A DNA stretch of 64,000 nucleotides. It comes from an uncultured virus (IMG/VR IMGVR_UViG_3300046009_005595) (Duplodnaviria; Heunggongvirae; Uroviricota; Caudoviricetes). Both the position numbers and the translations under genes were made by a program. Positions 28,623 through 37,776 of this stretch are shown here, piece by piece. Position 1 is the stretch's first letter. Every line of letters begins with the position of its first letter. Location: IMG/VR virus record IMGVR_UViG_3300046009_005595, positions 62,001 to 126,000 of that record; one strand, given 5' to 3'. The notes under the pieces were generated by a model. It made no database searches, had not been told where the DNA came from, and saw only the letters and a program-made list of their open reading frames with translations.

Positions 28623-30343
28623 GATTAGTATTTAAAAAAATAAAATTTAAAAATTTTCTATCTTCTGGTAACACATATATAGAAGTAGATTTAAATTCAC
28701 ATAATAAAACAATTATTTTTGGATTAAATGGTCATGGAAAATCCATGATTCTTTGTGCCTTGACTTATGTTTTATTTGGAAAAGCATTTAGAAAAATAAA
28801 TAAACCAAACATACCTAATTCAATAAACAAAAAAGATTGTTTGGTTGAAATAGAATTTAGTATTGGTAGTAAAGATTATAAAATTATTAGGGGGATGAAA
28901 CCTAATATATTTGAAATTTATATAGATGATGTTCTTTTAACTCAAGATGCAGTTAATAAAGACTATCAAGAATATCTCGAAATTAATATTCTTAAAATGA
29001 ATTATAAATCTTTTATACAAGTAGATATTCTTGGTTCTGCTAGATATACTCCATTTATGCAGCTATCTGCTGCTGATCGTAGAGCAGTTATTGAAGATCT
29101 ATTAGACATTCAAATATTCTCATCTATGAATGTGTTGGTTAAGGAAAAAGTAAGTAATATAAAATCTTCATTGTCTGAATTAAAATCTAATATAGAAGTT
29201 CATAAAGAGAAGATTAATAGTCAAAATAATTTAATAAAAGAAATAAAGAAAAATTCTGAATCTCATATTTTAAAAAAGAAAGAATCTGTAAAAAAATATG
29301 AAAATGAAATTGAAAAATTAAATAGCGATGTTGTGTTAATAGAACAACATGTAAAAGTATTGCAAAATAGTATATTGGATAAAACTTCTTCCAGTAGTAA
29401 AAAACAAAAACTTATTCAGATGGAAGCTAAATTAGAAAATAATATTTCTAATTTTACAAAAGAACTAAATTTTTATAGTAGCAATGATTCATGTCCTACC
29501 TGCAAACAGGTAATATTACCTGAATTTAAAAAAGAAAATGTAACTTCGATAGAATCAAAAAAAGAAAAACTAGAAGAAGGATATGTTAAGTTAAAAAACG
29601 AGATATATACCTTAGAAGGTAGATTAAATGAAATATCTGACATTTCAGATAAAATCATAGATCATAATAATGAAATAACAAAAATAAATACAAAAATAAA
29701 TTCATATAAAGATTTTATTAAAAATTTGAATTTAGAGATTGAAAATATAGAAGGATGCTCAGTAGTTTCTGAAGAAGATATTAATAAACTTAGAAATTTA
29801 GTTTTTGAATATGAAGTTTTTGTTTCTCAACAAAAAAAATTAAGTGAGGATAAAAAATATCTTGAATATTGTGCAACATTATTAAAAGATGGTGGGATTA
29901 AAACTAAGATAATAAAACAATATCTTCCAATTCTTAATAAAAGAATAAACACATATCTATCTAAACTTAATTTTTTTGTTAATTTTAATATAAATGAAAA
30001 CTTTGAAGAAGTTATAAAATCAAGACATAGAGATGAATTTCAATACAATAATTTTTCAGAAGGTCAGAAATTAAGAATAGACTTAGCTCTTTTATTTGCA
30101 TTTAGAGATATTTCTAAAATGAAAAATAGTGTAGATTGTAATCTTCTTTTTATGGATGAAATTGTAGATGGATCTTTTGATGAACCAGGAATAGATTTAT
30201 TTCTTGACATGTTAGGAGATTTAGATTATAATACAAATATATTTGTAATTTCACCTAAAGGTGAAGAGATTAAAGATAGGTTCGATAGAGCGTTAAAGTT
30301 TGAAATGGTTAAGAATTTTTCTAGATTAAAGGTGATTCAATGA
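28619..30343 (+). CDS. gp46: Recombination endonuclease subunit (Rad50-like ATPase)
   Basis: KNFLSSGN, GLNGHGKS, CPTCKQ zinc hook, FSEGQKLRID, LFMDE. Confidence 0.96.
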   Translation: MRLVFKKIKFKNFLSSGNTYIEVDLNSHNKTIIFGLNGHGKSMILCALTYVLFGKAFRKINKPNIPNSINKKDCLVEIEFSIGSKDYKIIRGMKPNIFEIYIDDVLLTQDAVNKDYQEYLEINILKMNYKSFIQVDILGSARYTPFMQLSAADRRAVIEDLLDIQIFSSMNVLVKEKVSNIKSSLSELKSNIEVHKEKINSQNNLIKEIKKNSESHILKKKESVKKYENEIEKLNSDVVLIEQHVKVLQNSILDKTSSSSKKQKLIQMEAKLENNISNFTKELNFYSSNDSCPTCKQVILPEFKKENVTSIESKKEKLEEGYVKLKNEIYTLEGRLNEISDISDKIIDHNNEITKINTKINSYKDFIKNLNLEIENIEGCSVVSEEDINKLRNLVFEYEVFVSQQKKLSEDKKYLEYCATLLKDGGIKTKIIKQYLPILNKRINTYLSKLNFFVNFNINENFEEVIKSRHRDEFQYNNFSEGQKLRIDLALLFAFRDISKMKNSVDCNLLFMDEIVDGSFDEPGIDLFLDMLGDLDYNTNIFVISPKGEEIKDRFDRALKFEMVKNFSRLKVIQ

Positions 30344-30930
30344 GCGAAATTATTACAATTGATACTTCAAACCCAACAACTATGAAAGTTGATTCTGGGG
30401 AAATACTAAGTTTAGTACCAGAAACAGATCTTATTCTTAAAACTCCAACAGTAGAATTTTCATTTGAAACTGAAGGATTGGAAAAAGCCTCTAAATTGTC
30501 TAGAGATTTAATTAAAACTATTTCAACACATAAAGCATTTGGATTGGCCGCAAATCAATGTGGGATTCCTTATTCTGTTATATGTATTGGTTATGCTGAT
30601 ACATATATTACATTATTCAATCCAAAGCTAGTGTCAACTTCTAATGAGTCTGTTATGATGCAAGAAGGTTGTTTATCTTTCCCATTTTTAGTTCTTGGAC
30701 TTAAAAGATCTAAAAGTATAACAATAGAATATCAAGATTTTGAGGGTGTTAAACATACTAGCAATCTTGATGGAATTAGTGCTAGAGTTTTTCTTCATGA
30801 ATTAGATCATCTTAATGGAATTACTTTTGATACTCTAGCAAAACCATTGGCTTTAAATTCTGGATTTAAAAAACGTGAAAAGTATATGAAACGATACGCC
30901 AGAAACTTAATTGCTCAACAGAGAATGTAA
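30340..30930 (+). CDS. def: Peptide deformylase
   Basis: All three PDF motifs: GLAANQCG, EGCLSFP, HELDHLNG. Confidence 0.93.
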   Translation: MSEIITIDTSNPTTMKVDSGEILSLVPETDLILKTPTVEFSFETEGLEKASKLSRDLIKTISTHKAFGLAANQCGIPYSVICIGYADTYITLFNPKLVSTSNESVMMQEGCLSFPFLVLGLKRSKSITIEYQDFEGVKHTSNLDGISARVFLHELDHLNGITFDTLAKPLALNSGFKKREKYMKRYARNLIAQQRM

Positions 30931-30974
30931 AATGTAGATTGTATAAATTATAAATAAAACTATGAGAAAATAAT

Positions 30975-32066
30975 ATGAGTAAGAGTAAAACATGGACTCG
31001 TGAAGAATGTTTAAAAGATTTTATAGAATTAGCTGAAGCTTGTTCAGATAAAGTAATTACAAGAGATTTTTATAGGAAAAATTCTCAATGTCCTGAATAT
31101 TGGTGGAGTTCTTATTTTGGGACTTTTTCCGAATTCAAAACCCAAGCTGGTTTAGATCTAACAGATCATCAATCAAAAATATTAAGTCAAATTTCTAAAC
31201 ATTCATCTAAAGATAAACTTAGAGATATGAATGTTGAAAAAGCTTCATATGAAGGAAAGTATCTTAGACCAGATTCTAAAAGATTTCAAACTATTGTAAC
31301 TATTACAGATACTCATGATTTAAGCTTTGATCCTTTTACTAGAAGAGTATATCTTGATACTTTGAAAAGAATTAAACCTGAAGTTATTGTTTTTGGTGGA
31401 GATCATTTTGATCTTCCTGAGTTTTCTAAGTATTTTAATGATCCAAGATCATATAAGTTAATAGAAAGAATTGATTGTGTACATGAATTTTTTAGAGAAA
31501 TTAGAGAAATTCTACCAGACGCTGAATTGAATTACATTTCAGCAAATCACGAACATAGATTGTTACGTCATTTATCAGAATCAAGCCCTAATATTATGGT
31601 TCTATTGAGCGATCTTCATGGGTTTACTATTTCTAAACTTCTTGGTTTAGATAGGTTTGAAATTAATTATATTTCTAGAGAAGACCTAACAGTATTCACT
31701 GAATCAGACTTAAAGAAGGAATTGAAAAAGAATTATTTGATAAAATTTGATTCTATTCTATTCCATCATTATCCAGAAGGAAAGAAATATGGAATTCCTG
31801 GATGTAATGGACACCATCATTCACATAAAAGTGAAACATTACATAATCTTAATTACGGTGCTTATGAATGGCATCAGTTAGGAGCGGGTCATATTCGTAG
31901 GGCTAGTTATTGCGAAGCTCAAAGATGGTCAACAGGATTTATGATTAGTCATCATGATATTCAAAAGAAATCTACAGTATTTGAATATGTTGATACCACC
32001 AGCGACTTTGCTGTTGTTGGAGGAAAATGGTATAACAGAACAGAAAATGAACTTTATAACGTGTAA
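30975..32066 (+). CDS. Calcineurin-like metallophosphoesterase with N-terminal helical, putative DNA-binding repeat
   Basis: TDTHD, GGDHFD, ANHEHR, FHH, GHHHSH; N-terminal WTREEC...YFGTFSEFKTQAGL; TATAAATA at 30949-30956. Confidence 0.7.
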   Translation: MSKSKTWTREECLKDFIELAEACSDKVITRDFYRKNSQCPEYWWSSYFGTFSEFKTQAGLDLTDHQSKILSQISKHSSKDKLRDMNVEKASYEGKYLRPDSKRFQTIVTITDTHDLSFDPFTRRVYLDTLKRIKPEVIVFGGDHFDLPEFSKYFNDPRSYKLIERIDCVHEFFREIREILPDAELNYISANHEHRLLRHLSESSPNIMVLLSDLHGFTISKLLGLDRFEINYISREDLTVFTESDLKKELKKNYLIKFDSILFHHYPEGKKYGIPGCNGHHHSHKSETLHNLNYGAYEWHQLGAGHIRRASYCEAQRWSTGFMISHHDIQKKSTVFEYVDTTSDFAVVGGKWYNRTENELYNV

Positions 32067-32077
32067 TAGGAGAAAAT

Positions 32078-32875
32078 ATGGAAATTCAGATTTCAACTGA
32101 AGAATTGAGAAAGAAGAAACTTTTTATTGGAACACCTATGTATGGTGGTCAATGTTGCGGTATGTTTATGAAATCTTGTTTGGATCTACAAGCACTTTTA
32201 ATACAATATGGAGTTGAAGTTAAATTCAGTTTCTTATTTAATGAATCTTTGATTCAAAGAGCAAGAAATTATATTACAGATGAATTTTTGAATCGTTCAG
32301 ATTGTACCCATATGATGTTTATTGATTCTGATATTGGATTCAATCCACAAGATATTGTTGCAATGCTTGCTCTTGATAAGGAAATTATTGGTGGACCTTA
32401 TCCGAAGAAATCTATTGAATGGGGACAGCTTAATAAAGCTATTCTTAAAAATAAAGATCTTCCAGTTAGTGAATATCCTAAATTGGTTGGTTCGATGGTA
32501 TTTAACCCAGTTGGTGGAAATCAAAGATTTTCTATTCAAGAACCTTTGGAAGTTTCTGAAGTAGGTACTGGATTCTGTATGTATAGAAGAGAAGTATTTG
32601 AAAAGTTCCAAAACGCATATCCAGAATATATGTATAAGCCAGATCATGTTGGTCAAGCTCATTTTGGTGGAGAAAGAGAAATTTGTTCTTTCTTTAATGT
32701 GTTCATTGATCCAGAATCTCGTAGAACTTTATCAGAAGATTATTGCAATTGTCATCAAATGAGAAAGATTGGAGTTAAGGTATGGATTGCTCCGTGGATG
32801 CAGTTGTCTCATATTGGTAGTTATATCTTTAGTGGAAATTTACAAGCGGTAGCTAATTATATTGGTGAAATGTAA
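32078..32875 (+). CDS. GT-A fold glycosyltransferase-like protein
   Basis: FIGTPMYGG, ESLIQRARN, MFIDSDI (DxD), GTGFCMYRREVF, LSEDY. Confidence 0.65.
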   Translation: MEIQISTEELRKKKLFIGTPMYGGQCCGMFMKSCLDLQALLIQYGVEVKFSFLFNESLIQRARNYITDEFLNRSDCTHMMFIDSDIGFNPQDIVAMLALDKEIIGGPYPKKSIEWGQLNKAILKNKDLPVSEYPKLVGSMVFNPVGGNQRFSIQEPLEVSEVGTGFCMYRREVFEKFQNAYPEYMYKPDHVGQAHFGGEREICSFFNVFIDPESRRTLSEDYCNCHQMRKIGVKVWIAPWMQLSHIGSYIFSGNLQAVANYIGEM

Positions 32876-32876
32876 T

Positions 32877-33128
32877 ATGAATGAAAAATATTCACATTAT
32901 TATAAAAAAGTTCCTTATGATTATGTAGATGTTTATAGAGTATTAGATATTTTTAATGTAACTGATCCTTGTATTCAACATGCAATTAAAAAATTGCTCG
33001 TTGCTGGAGGGAGAGGACATAAAGATATTGAAAAAGATGTTCAAGAGGCTATTGTGTCTCTTGAACGTTGGAAGTCAATGAGGATAGAAGAAACTAACGC
33101 TTTGAGTGCCACATCTCTTAAAGATTGA
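32877..33128 (+). CDS. Small phage protein, loosely DUF3310-like
   Basis: SHYYK...HAIKKLLVAGGRGHKDIEKDVQEA pattern; function unknown. Confidence 0.5.
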   Translation: MNEKYSHYYKKVPYDYVDVYRVLDIFNVTDPCIQHAIKKLLVAGGRGHKDIEKDVQEAIVSLERWKSMRIEETNALSATSLKD

Positions 33129-33153
33129 CTAAATTGGATTTATGCTGTATCAT
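33125..33153 (+). promoter_or_regulatory. Sigma70-like promoter upstream of gp45
   Basis: TTGACT-17 nt-TATCAT, then AAGGAG RBS. Confidence 0.65.
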
Positions 33154-33181
33154 GTGTTTTTGTTATGATTAAGGAGAAAAG

Positions 33182-33883
33182 ATGAAGATTTCTAATGACA
33201 CTCTTACAATTTTGAAGAATTTTTCTTCAATTAATAATGGGATTTTGTTTAAAAAAGGTAATGTAGTATCTTCAGTTTCAGCACAACGTAATATTCTTGC
33301 GGAAGCTTTTATTGAGGAAGATATTCCAATGGATTTTGGAATTTTTGATTTGAGTAATTTTCTATTGGTAATATCTCTGTTTAAAGGTGGAACTGCTGAT
33401 CTTGAGTTTACTGATACACATGTTATTATTAAAGGTTCTGATGGAAGATCTCAAATCAACTATATTTACAATGCTCCATCTTTGATATATGATGATAAAA
33501 ATCAGGAGATCATCAACAAGTCGAAACGACCTTCTGTATCTCCTGATATTTCATTTGTATTAGATCAGAATGATTTTGAACGTATTATTAAAGCATCTAA
33601 TGTATTACAGTCTCCTAACATTTCAGTAGAATCTGATGGTGATAAAATTAAACTAGTTTCGTTTGATGCGGAAGTAAATTCTGCACCTACACACACATTG
33701 ATTCTTCCTGATAGTAATCCAAATGGAGATGTATTTAAATTGATATTTAAAAGCGATCATCTTAAAATTCTACCAAAAACTTATTTGGTAGAGATTTCAT
33801 CAAAGGGAATTTCAAAGTTCTCTGATAGAGATGGGAAGGTTAATTATTGGATCACCCTTGAAACTAACAGCACATACAATTAA
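33182..33883 (+). CDS. gp45: Sliding clamp
   Basis: MKISNDTLTILKNFSSINNGI, FGIFDLSNFL, YWITLE. Confidence 0.93.
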   Translation: MKISNDTLTILKNFSSINNGILFKKGNVVSSVSAQRNILAEAFIEEDIPMDFGIFDLSNFLLVISLFKGGTADLEFTDTHVIIKGSDGRSQINYIYNAPSLIYDDKNQEIINKSKRPSVSPDISFVLDQNDFERIIKASNVLQSPNISVESDGDKIKLVSFDAEVNSAPTHTLILPDSNPNGDVFKLIFKSDHLKILPKTYLVEISSKGISKFSDRDGKVNYWITLETNSTYN

Positions 33884-33897
33884 TAGGAGATTATATT

Positions 33898-34182
33898 ATG
33901 GGAAATGCAGTATCATCTACTTTTGGAACTTTTTCTGAAGAAGAACTCAATAAATTGAAGAAGAGTATCAGAGAAATGTCTGATGTTATGACAATGATGG
34001 AGGCTCAGAAAGATACTATGAAGAGTATTATTGATCATGTATATGATGAGTTGAAGATTCCTAAGAAGATTATTCGCAAGATAGCTAAGACTTATCATAA
34101 GCAAAACTTTTCTGAACAACAAACTGAAAATGAAGAGTTTGAACTCTTTTATGAAGGTATTTCTTCTAACTCTAATTCTTAA
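33898..34182 (+). CDS. Small double-stranded DNA-binding protein (T4 DsbA-like)
   Basis: IREMSD...IPKKIIRKIAKTYHKQNFSEQQTENEEFELFYE pattern. Confidence 0.65.
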   Translation: MGNAVSSTFGTFSEEELNKLKKSIREMSDVMTMMEAQKDTMKSIIDHVYDELKIPKKIIRKIAKTYHKQNFSEQQTENEEFELFYEGISSNSNS

Positions 34183-34188
34183 TATACT

Positions 34189-35127
34189 ATGCATAATACT
34201 GATTTTCTTTGGGTTGAAAAATACAGACCACAAACCGTTGAAGATTGCATTCTTTCTGAAAAAATAAAAAAGACTTTTAGACAATATGTAGAACGAAAGG
34301 AGATTCCTAATCTCCTTTTGGTTGGTGGTGCTGGTGTTGGTAAGACCAGCATCGCAAAGGCTCTTTGTAAGGATGTTGGTTGTGATTATCTTTTTATTAA
34401 TGCTTCAGATGAGAATGGTATTGATACGTTAAGGACTAAAATTACATCATATGCTACATCTGTTTCTATTACAGGAGGAAGAAAGGTAGTTATTCTTGAT
34501 GAGTTTGATGCTACAACTGGAAACTTTCAGTTAGCATTTAGAAGCTTTCTTGAGTTATATGCTAAAAATTGCACTTTCATTATGACTTGTAACCATGCTA
34601 ATAAGATCATGGAACCAATTCATTCAAGATGCTCTGTAATTAATTTTGGTATTGATAAAGGAGAAAAGAGTAAACTATTGGCTCAGTTTTTCAAGAGAGT
34701 TTGTAATATTCTTGATCTTGAAAATATTGTATATAATAAAGAAGTTCTTGCTAATTTCATAACTAAATATTTTCCTGATAATAGGAGAGTGTTGAATGAA
34801 CTACAGAGATACTCTGTAAATGGGTCTATTGATGTTGGTATTCTTACTCAAGTAGGAGATATTCAACTAAAAGAACTAATTGTTTATCTTAAAGATAAAG
34901 ATATTACTAAGATTCGTGAATGGGTAGTTTCTAGTCTTGATAATGATGTTAGTTTGATATATCGTAAGATATATGATGGAATGCATTCTATTGTTAAACC
35001 ATTTCATATTCCCCAATTAATTTTATTGGTTGGTAGATATCAATTTCAAAGTTCTTTTGTTGCTGATCAAGAAATACAATTAATGTGTTTTTTGTTAGAA
35101 CTTGCAAATGATGTGGAGTTTGTATAA
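34189..35127 (+). CDS. gp44: Clamp loader large subunit
   Basis: LWVEKYRPQTV, GGAGVGKTS, VILDEFD, PIHSRC. Confidence 0.96.
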   Translation: MHNTDFLWVEKYRPQTVEDCILSEKIKKTFRQYVERKEIPNLLLVGGAGVGKTSIAKALCKDVGCDYLFINASDENGIDTLRTKITSYATSVSITGGRKVVILDEFDATTGNFQLAFRSFLELYAKNCTFIMTCNHANKIMEPIHSRCSVINFGIDKGEKSKLLAQFFKRVCNILDLENIVYNKEVLANFITKYFPDNRRVLNELQRYSVNGSIDVGILTQVGDIQLKELIVYLKDKDITKIREWVVSSLDNDVSLIYRKIYDGMHSIVKPFHIPQLILLVGRYQFQSSFVADQEIQLMCFLLELANDVEFV

Positions 35128-35519
35128 TGGATCTTTTTAAGGATTGTATTCCTTCTATTTTAGATACTAAGAAATATCAACTACATTCAAATATAGAAGA
35201 AAATGAGTATGTTCCTTTTGTTGTTAATAGAGCATTGTCATATCATATAGATTGTATTTTATTCGCTCAAGATTTAAATTTTTATAAGAATCTGGATAAA
35301 AAACTTCAGTATGATTATTTGTTTTATTCTATCAAACCGTACAAAAGACCTTTTAGAAAGTGGATTAAGTCTGGTTCTTCTTATGATGATATTAAATTAA
35401 TACAGGAATATTTTAATTATTCTTTTAAAAAAGCTAAAGAAGTATCAAATTTAATATCAGAAGATCAATTGAACCATATAAGAAAAGTCTTAGATAAAAG
35501 TAGTGTTGTTAAAATTTAA
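35127..35519 (+). CDS. gp62: Clamp loader small subunit
   Basis: YVPFVVNRALSYHID, LQYDYL, EYFNYSFKKAKE; follows gp44. Confidence 0.9.
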   Translation: MDLFKDCIPSILDTKKYQLHSNIEENEYVPFVVNRALSYHIDCILFAQDLNFYKNLDKKLQYDYLFYSIKPYKRPFRKWIKSGSSYDDIKLIQEYFNYSFKKAKEVSNLISEDQLNHIRKVLDKSSVVKI

Positions 35520-35582
35520 ATCTTTATAAATAATACAAGTATTAACAAACTATTTAAAGTTATTTATTTTGGAGATCTTGTA

Positions 35583-35999
35583 ATGATGGAAGAAGACATT
35601 TTTAAAGGATTAGGAGTTGAGGTTATTTTAGATAATGAAGAATCATTTCTTAAGATAAAAGAGACTTTAACTAGAATTGGAGTTTTGAGTAAGAAGGATA
35701 AAATTTTATATCAAAGCGTTCATATTCTACACAAAAGAGGTAGGTATTCTATAATGCACTTTAAAGAATTATTTAAAATGGATAATAGACCTTCTGATAT
35801 TACTGAAAACGATATTCAAAGAAGAAATACCATTGCATTTTTGTTGGAAGAATGGGAGCTTTTAAATATAAAAAATCCTGAAATTATTGAGCATGATATT
35901 GTTCCACTTAATCAAATTAAAATTCTTTCATATAAAGAGAAACCAGACTACGAGTTGATTTCTAAGTATCAAATAGGTTCTTTTAAGAAAAAGATATAA
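35583..35999 (+). CDS. regA: Translational repressor
   Basis: FLKIKETLTRIGV, LYQSVHILHKRGRYSIMHFKELF, RRNTIAFLLEEW; TATAAATA at 35525-35532. Confidence 0.96.
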   Translation: MMEEDIFKGLGVEVILDNEESFLKIKETLTRIGVLSKKDKILYQSVHILHKRGRYSIMHFKELFKMDNRPSDITENDIQRRNTIAFLLEEWELLNIKNPEIIEHDIVPLNQIKILSYKEKPDYELISKYQIGSFKKKI

Positions 36000-36001
36000 A
36001 A

Positions 36002-36078
36002 CCCATCGGGATGGGACTTGCAGTTGGAGGAAAGGCAAGTAAAATATTCCTCCAATACACTTCTGCCTTCGGGGGAAG
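36002..36078 (+). ncRNA. Putative structured cis-regulatory RNA (hairpin, H-type pseudoknot, UUCG hairpin) in the hsp20 leader
   Basis: CCCAT/ATGGG; ACTTGC/GCAAGT crossing TTGGAGGAA/TTCCTCCAA; CC-TTCG-GG hairpin; locally GC-rich. Confidence 0.55.
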
Positions 36079-36115
36079 ACTTTTAATATAAACTCGCTTA
36101 AAAAGGAGAAATAAA

Positions 36116-36583
36116 ATGAAAATCGAAAATAATTACATGTCTACATTTCCAAACAATCAATTTTCGGAAGAAAATTTTCACTTACCAACAAGATTTTTTA
36201 ATTCGTTGGTTGGTGTTGATAGGATTTTGGATCAACTAAATGACATTTCAATGCTTCCAAAAGTAGGTAATTTTCCTCCTTATAATATTAGAAAGGATGG
36301 TGAGTATACTTATGTTATTGAAATGGCTGTCGCAGGATTTTCTAAAGAAAATATTGACATCACCATTAATCAAAGTAAATTAACAATCGTTGGAAGTAAA
36401 CCAGAAGAAGTAGGAGTCTCCTACATTCATAAAGGCATTGCTAACAGAGATTTCACAAGAGAATTTACATTAGCTGATTCTATTGAAGTAAAAAGTGCTT
36501 CTATGGAAAATGGCATTCTTGTAATCTTGTTAGAAAACGTCATTCCAGAACACAAAAAGATGAAAAAGCTTGATATTTTGTAA
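36116..36583 (+). CDS. hsp20: Small heat-shock protein (Hsp20/IbpA-like)
   Basis: FPPYNI, IEMAVAGF, YIHKGIANRDFTREFTLAD, ASMENGIL. Confidence 0.95.
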   Translation: MKIENNYMSTFPNNQFSEENFHLPTRFFNSLVGVDRILDQLNDISMLPKVGNFPPYNIRKDGEYTYVIEMAVAGFSKENIDITINQSKLTIVGSKPEEVGVSYIHKGIANRDFTREFTLADSIEVKSASMENGILVILLENVIPEHKKMKKLDIL

Positions 36584-36598
36584 TTCATCTGATATAAT
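36570..36598 (+). promoter_or_regulatory. Sigma70-like promoter overlapping the hsp20 3' end
   Basis: TTGATA-17 nt-TATAAT with extended -10 TG. Confidence 0.65.
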
Positions 36599-36607
36599 CT
36601 AATGAAG

Positions 36608-36634
36608 AGGGAGAGACAATCCTCTCCCTTTTTT
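36608..36634 (+). terminator. Rho-independent terminator after hsp20
   Basis: AGGGAGAG-ACAATC-CTCTCCCT followed by TTTTT. Confidence 0.75.
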
Positions 36635-36647
36635 ATAGGAGTTTTTT

Positions 36648-36833
36648 ATGAAACGTAAACCTAAATTCTTACCACTTAAAAAAGTAAGATCAAAAATAAC
36701 ACAAGACATTTACTATACAAGTGAAAGCTTGCCAACTAAAAAGATTGATGGTATACTTTTTGTTGGTATTAAAAAAAGTGAAACTGATAAAAGAATATTC
36801 TTTATGAATAAAGAATTTATTGAAAAATGTTAA
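36648..36833 (+). CDS. Small basic hypothetical protein
   Basis: 61-aa ORF with AGGAG RBS. Confidence 0.6.
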   Translation: MKRKPKFLPLKKVRSKITQDIYYTSESLPTKKIDGILFVGIKKSETDKRIFFMNKEFIEKC

Positions 36834-36849
36834 TTTATTGGAGTAATTG

Positions 36850-37194
36850 ATGAGTAATATTAAAACCTTTTATATTCGTAATTTCAAGAAGAACCGTGAT
36901 ATAACTATTGTATCAGATCTAATTGAAGTAGATGGTAAACATATTGTTAAATGTGGTTGGGCATTTAGATCAAATCATGATCAATTTAAAAAGAAGGAAG
37001 GTAGAGCTATTGCTCAAACTAGAATGAATTCTAATGATGAAAATTACACTTGTGTTTTTGAAGTAGAAACTCCAAAATTTAAAGATATATCATCAAAGAT
37101 ACTAGAAAATATTATTGCTAATAAACATACACCGAAGAAATATATTAAAGATATCGAATGGGATTATAATTATTTCTCTGGTGGATTTTATTGA
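36850..37194 (+). CDS. Hypothetical protein
   Basis: GGAG RBS; GWAFRSNHDQFKKKEGRAIA motif recurs in small phage proteins. Confidence 0.6.
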   Translation: MSNIKTFYIRNFKKNRDITIVSDLIEVDGKHIVKCGWAFRSNHDQFKKKEGRAIAQTRMNSNDENYTCVFEVETPKFKDISSKILENIIANKHTPKKYIKDIEWDYNYFSGGFY

Positions 37195-37196
37195 TA

Positions 37197-37742
37197 ATGA
37201 TTAAAGATAAATTAAAACAGTTCTATATTGATGTTGCACATAGGACTGCTCAATTGTCCTATGCTGAAAAATTAAAAGTTGGTGCGATTTTAGTTAAGAA
37301 TGATAATATTATTTCTTTCTCTTGGAATGGAACTCCTAGAGGATGGAATAATAATTGCGAAGATAAAGTTTGGATGAATCCAGATTCTGGTGCTTGGCTT
37401 GATGTTGAATTTATAGAAAAGACATGGCCTCATATTGAATATAGTGATGAGAAATTTCATAATGAACTTCAATCTCCTATTATTGGTAGATATGATTTAA
37501 AAACAAAACCTTATGTATCTCATGCTGAAGAGGCTCTCTTGATGAAGATAGCATCTTCTCATGAATCTTCTGAAGGTGCTTCTTTATTTTGTACTCATTC
37601 TTGCTGTATTAATTGTGCTAAACTGATATATGGTGCTAAAATATCTGAATTCTATTATACAACAGAATATAAAAGTACAGAAGGTATTGATTTTTTAAAG
37701 AAATTTGGAATCTCTGTTAATAAACTAGATTATTATAAATAA
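37197..37742 (+). CDS. cd: dCMP deaminase
   Basis: KVGAILVK, NGTPRG, HAE and CINC zinc motifs. Confidence 0.9.
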   Translation: MIKDKLKQFYIDVAHRTAQLSYAEKLKVGAILVKNDNIISFSWNGTPRGWNNNCEDKVWMNPDSGAWLDVEFIEKTWPHIEYSDEKFHNELQSPIIGRYDLKTKPYVSHAEEALLMKIASSHESSEGASLFCTHSCCINCAKLIYGAKISEFYYTTEYKSTEGIDFLKKFGISVNKLDYYK

Positions 37743-37776
37743 TATTTTATATTAAATGTTTTAGGAGATTACGCTA

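Noticed and set aside
35980..36055. Programmed frameshift or readthrough at the end of regA driven by the pseudoknot
   Set aside because: No proper X XXY YYZ slippery heptamer at a suitable distance, and RegA is already full length with a TAA stop.
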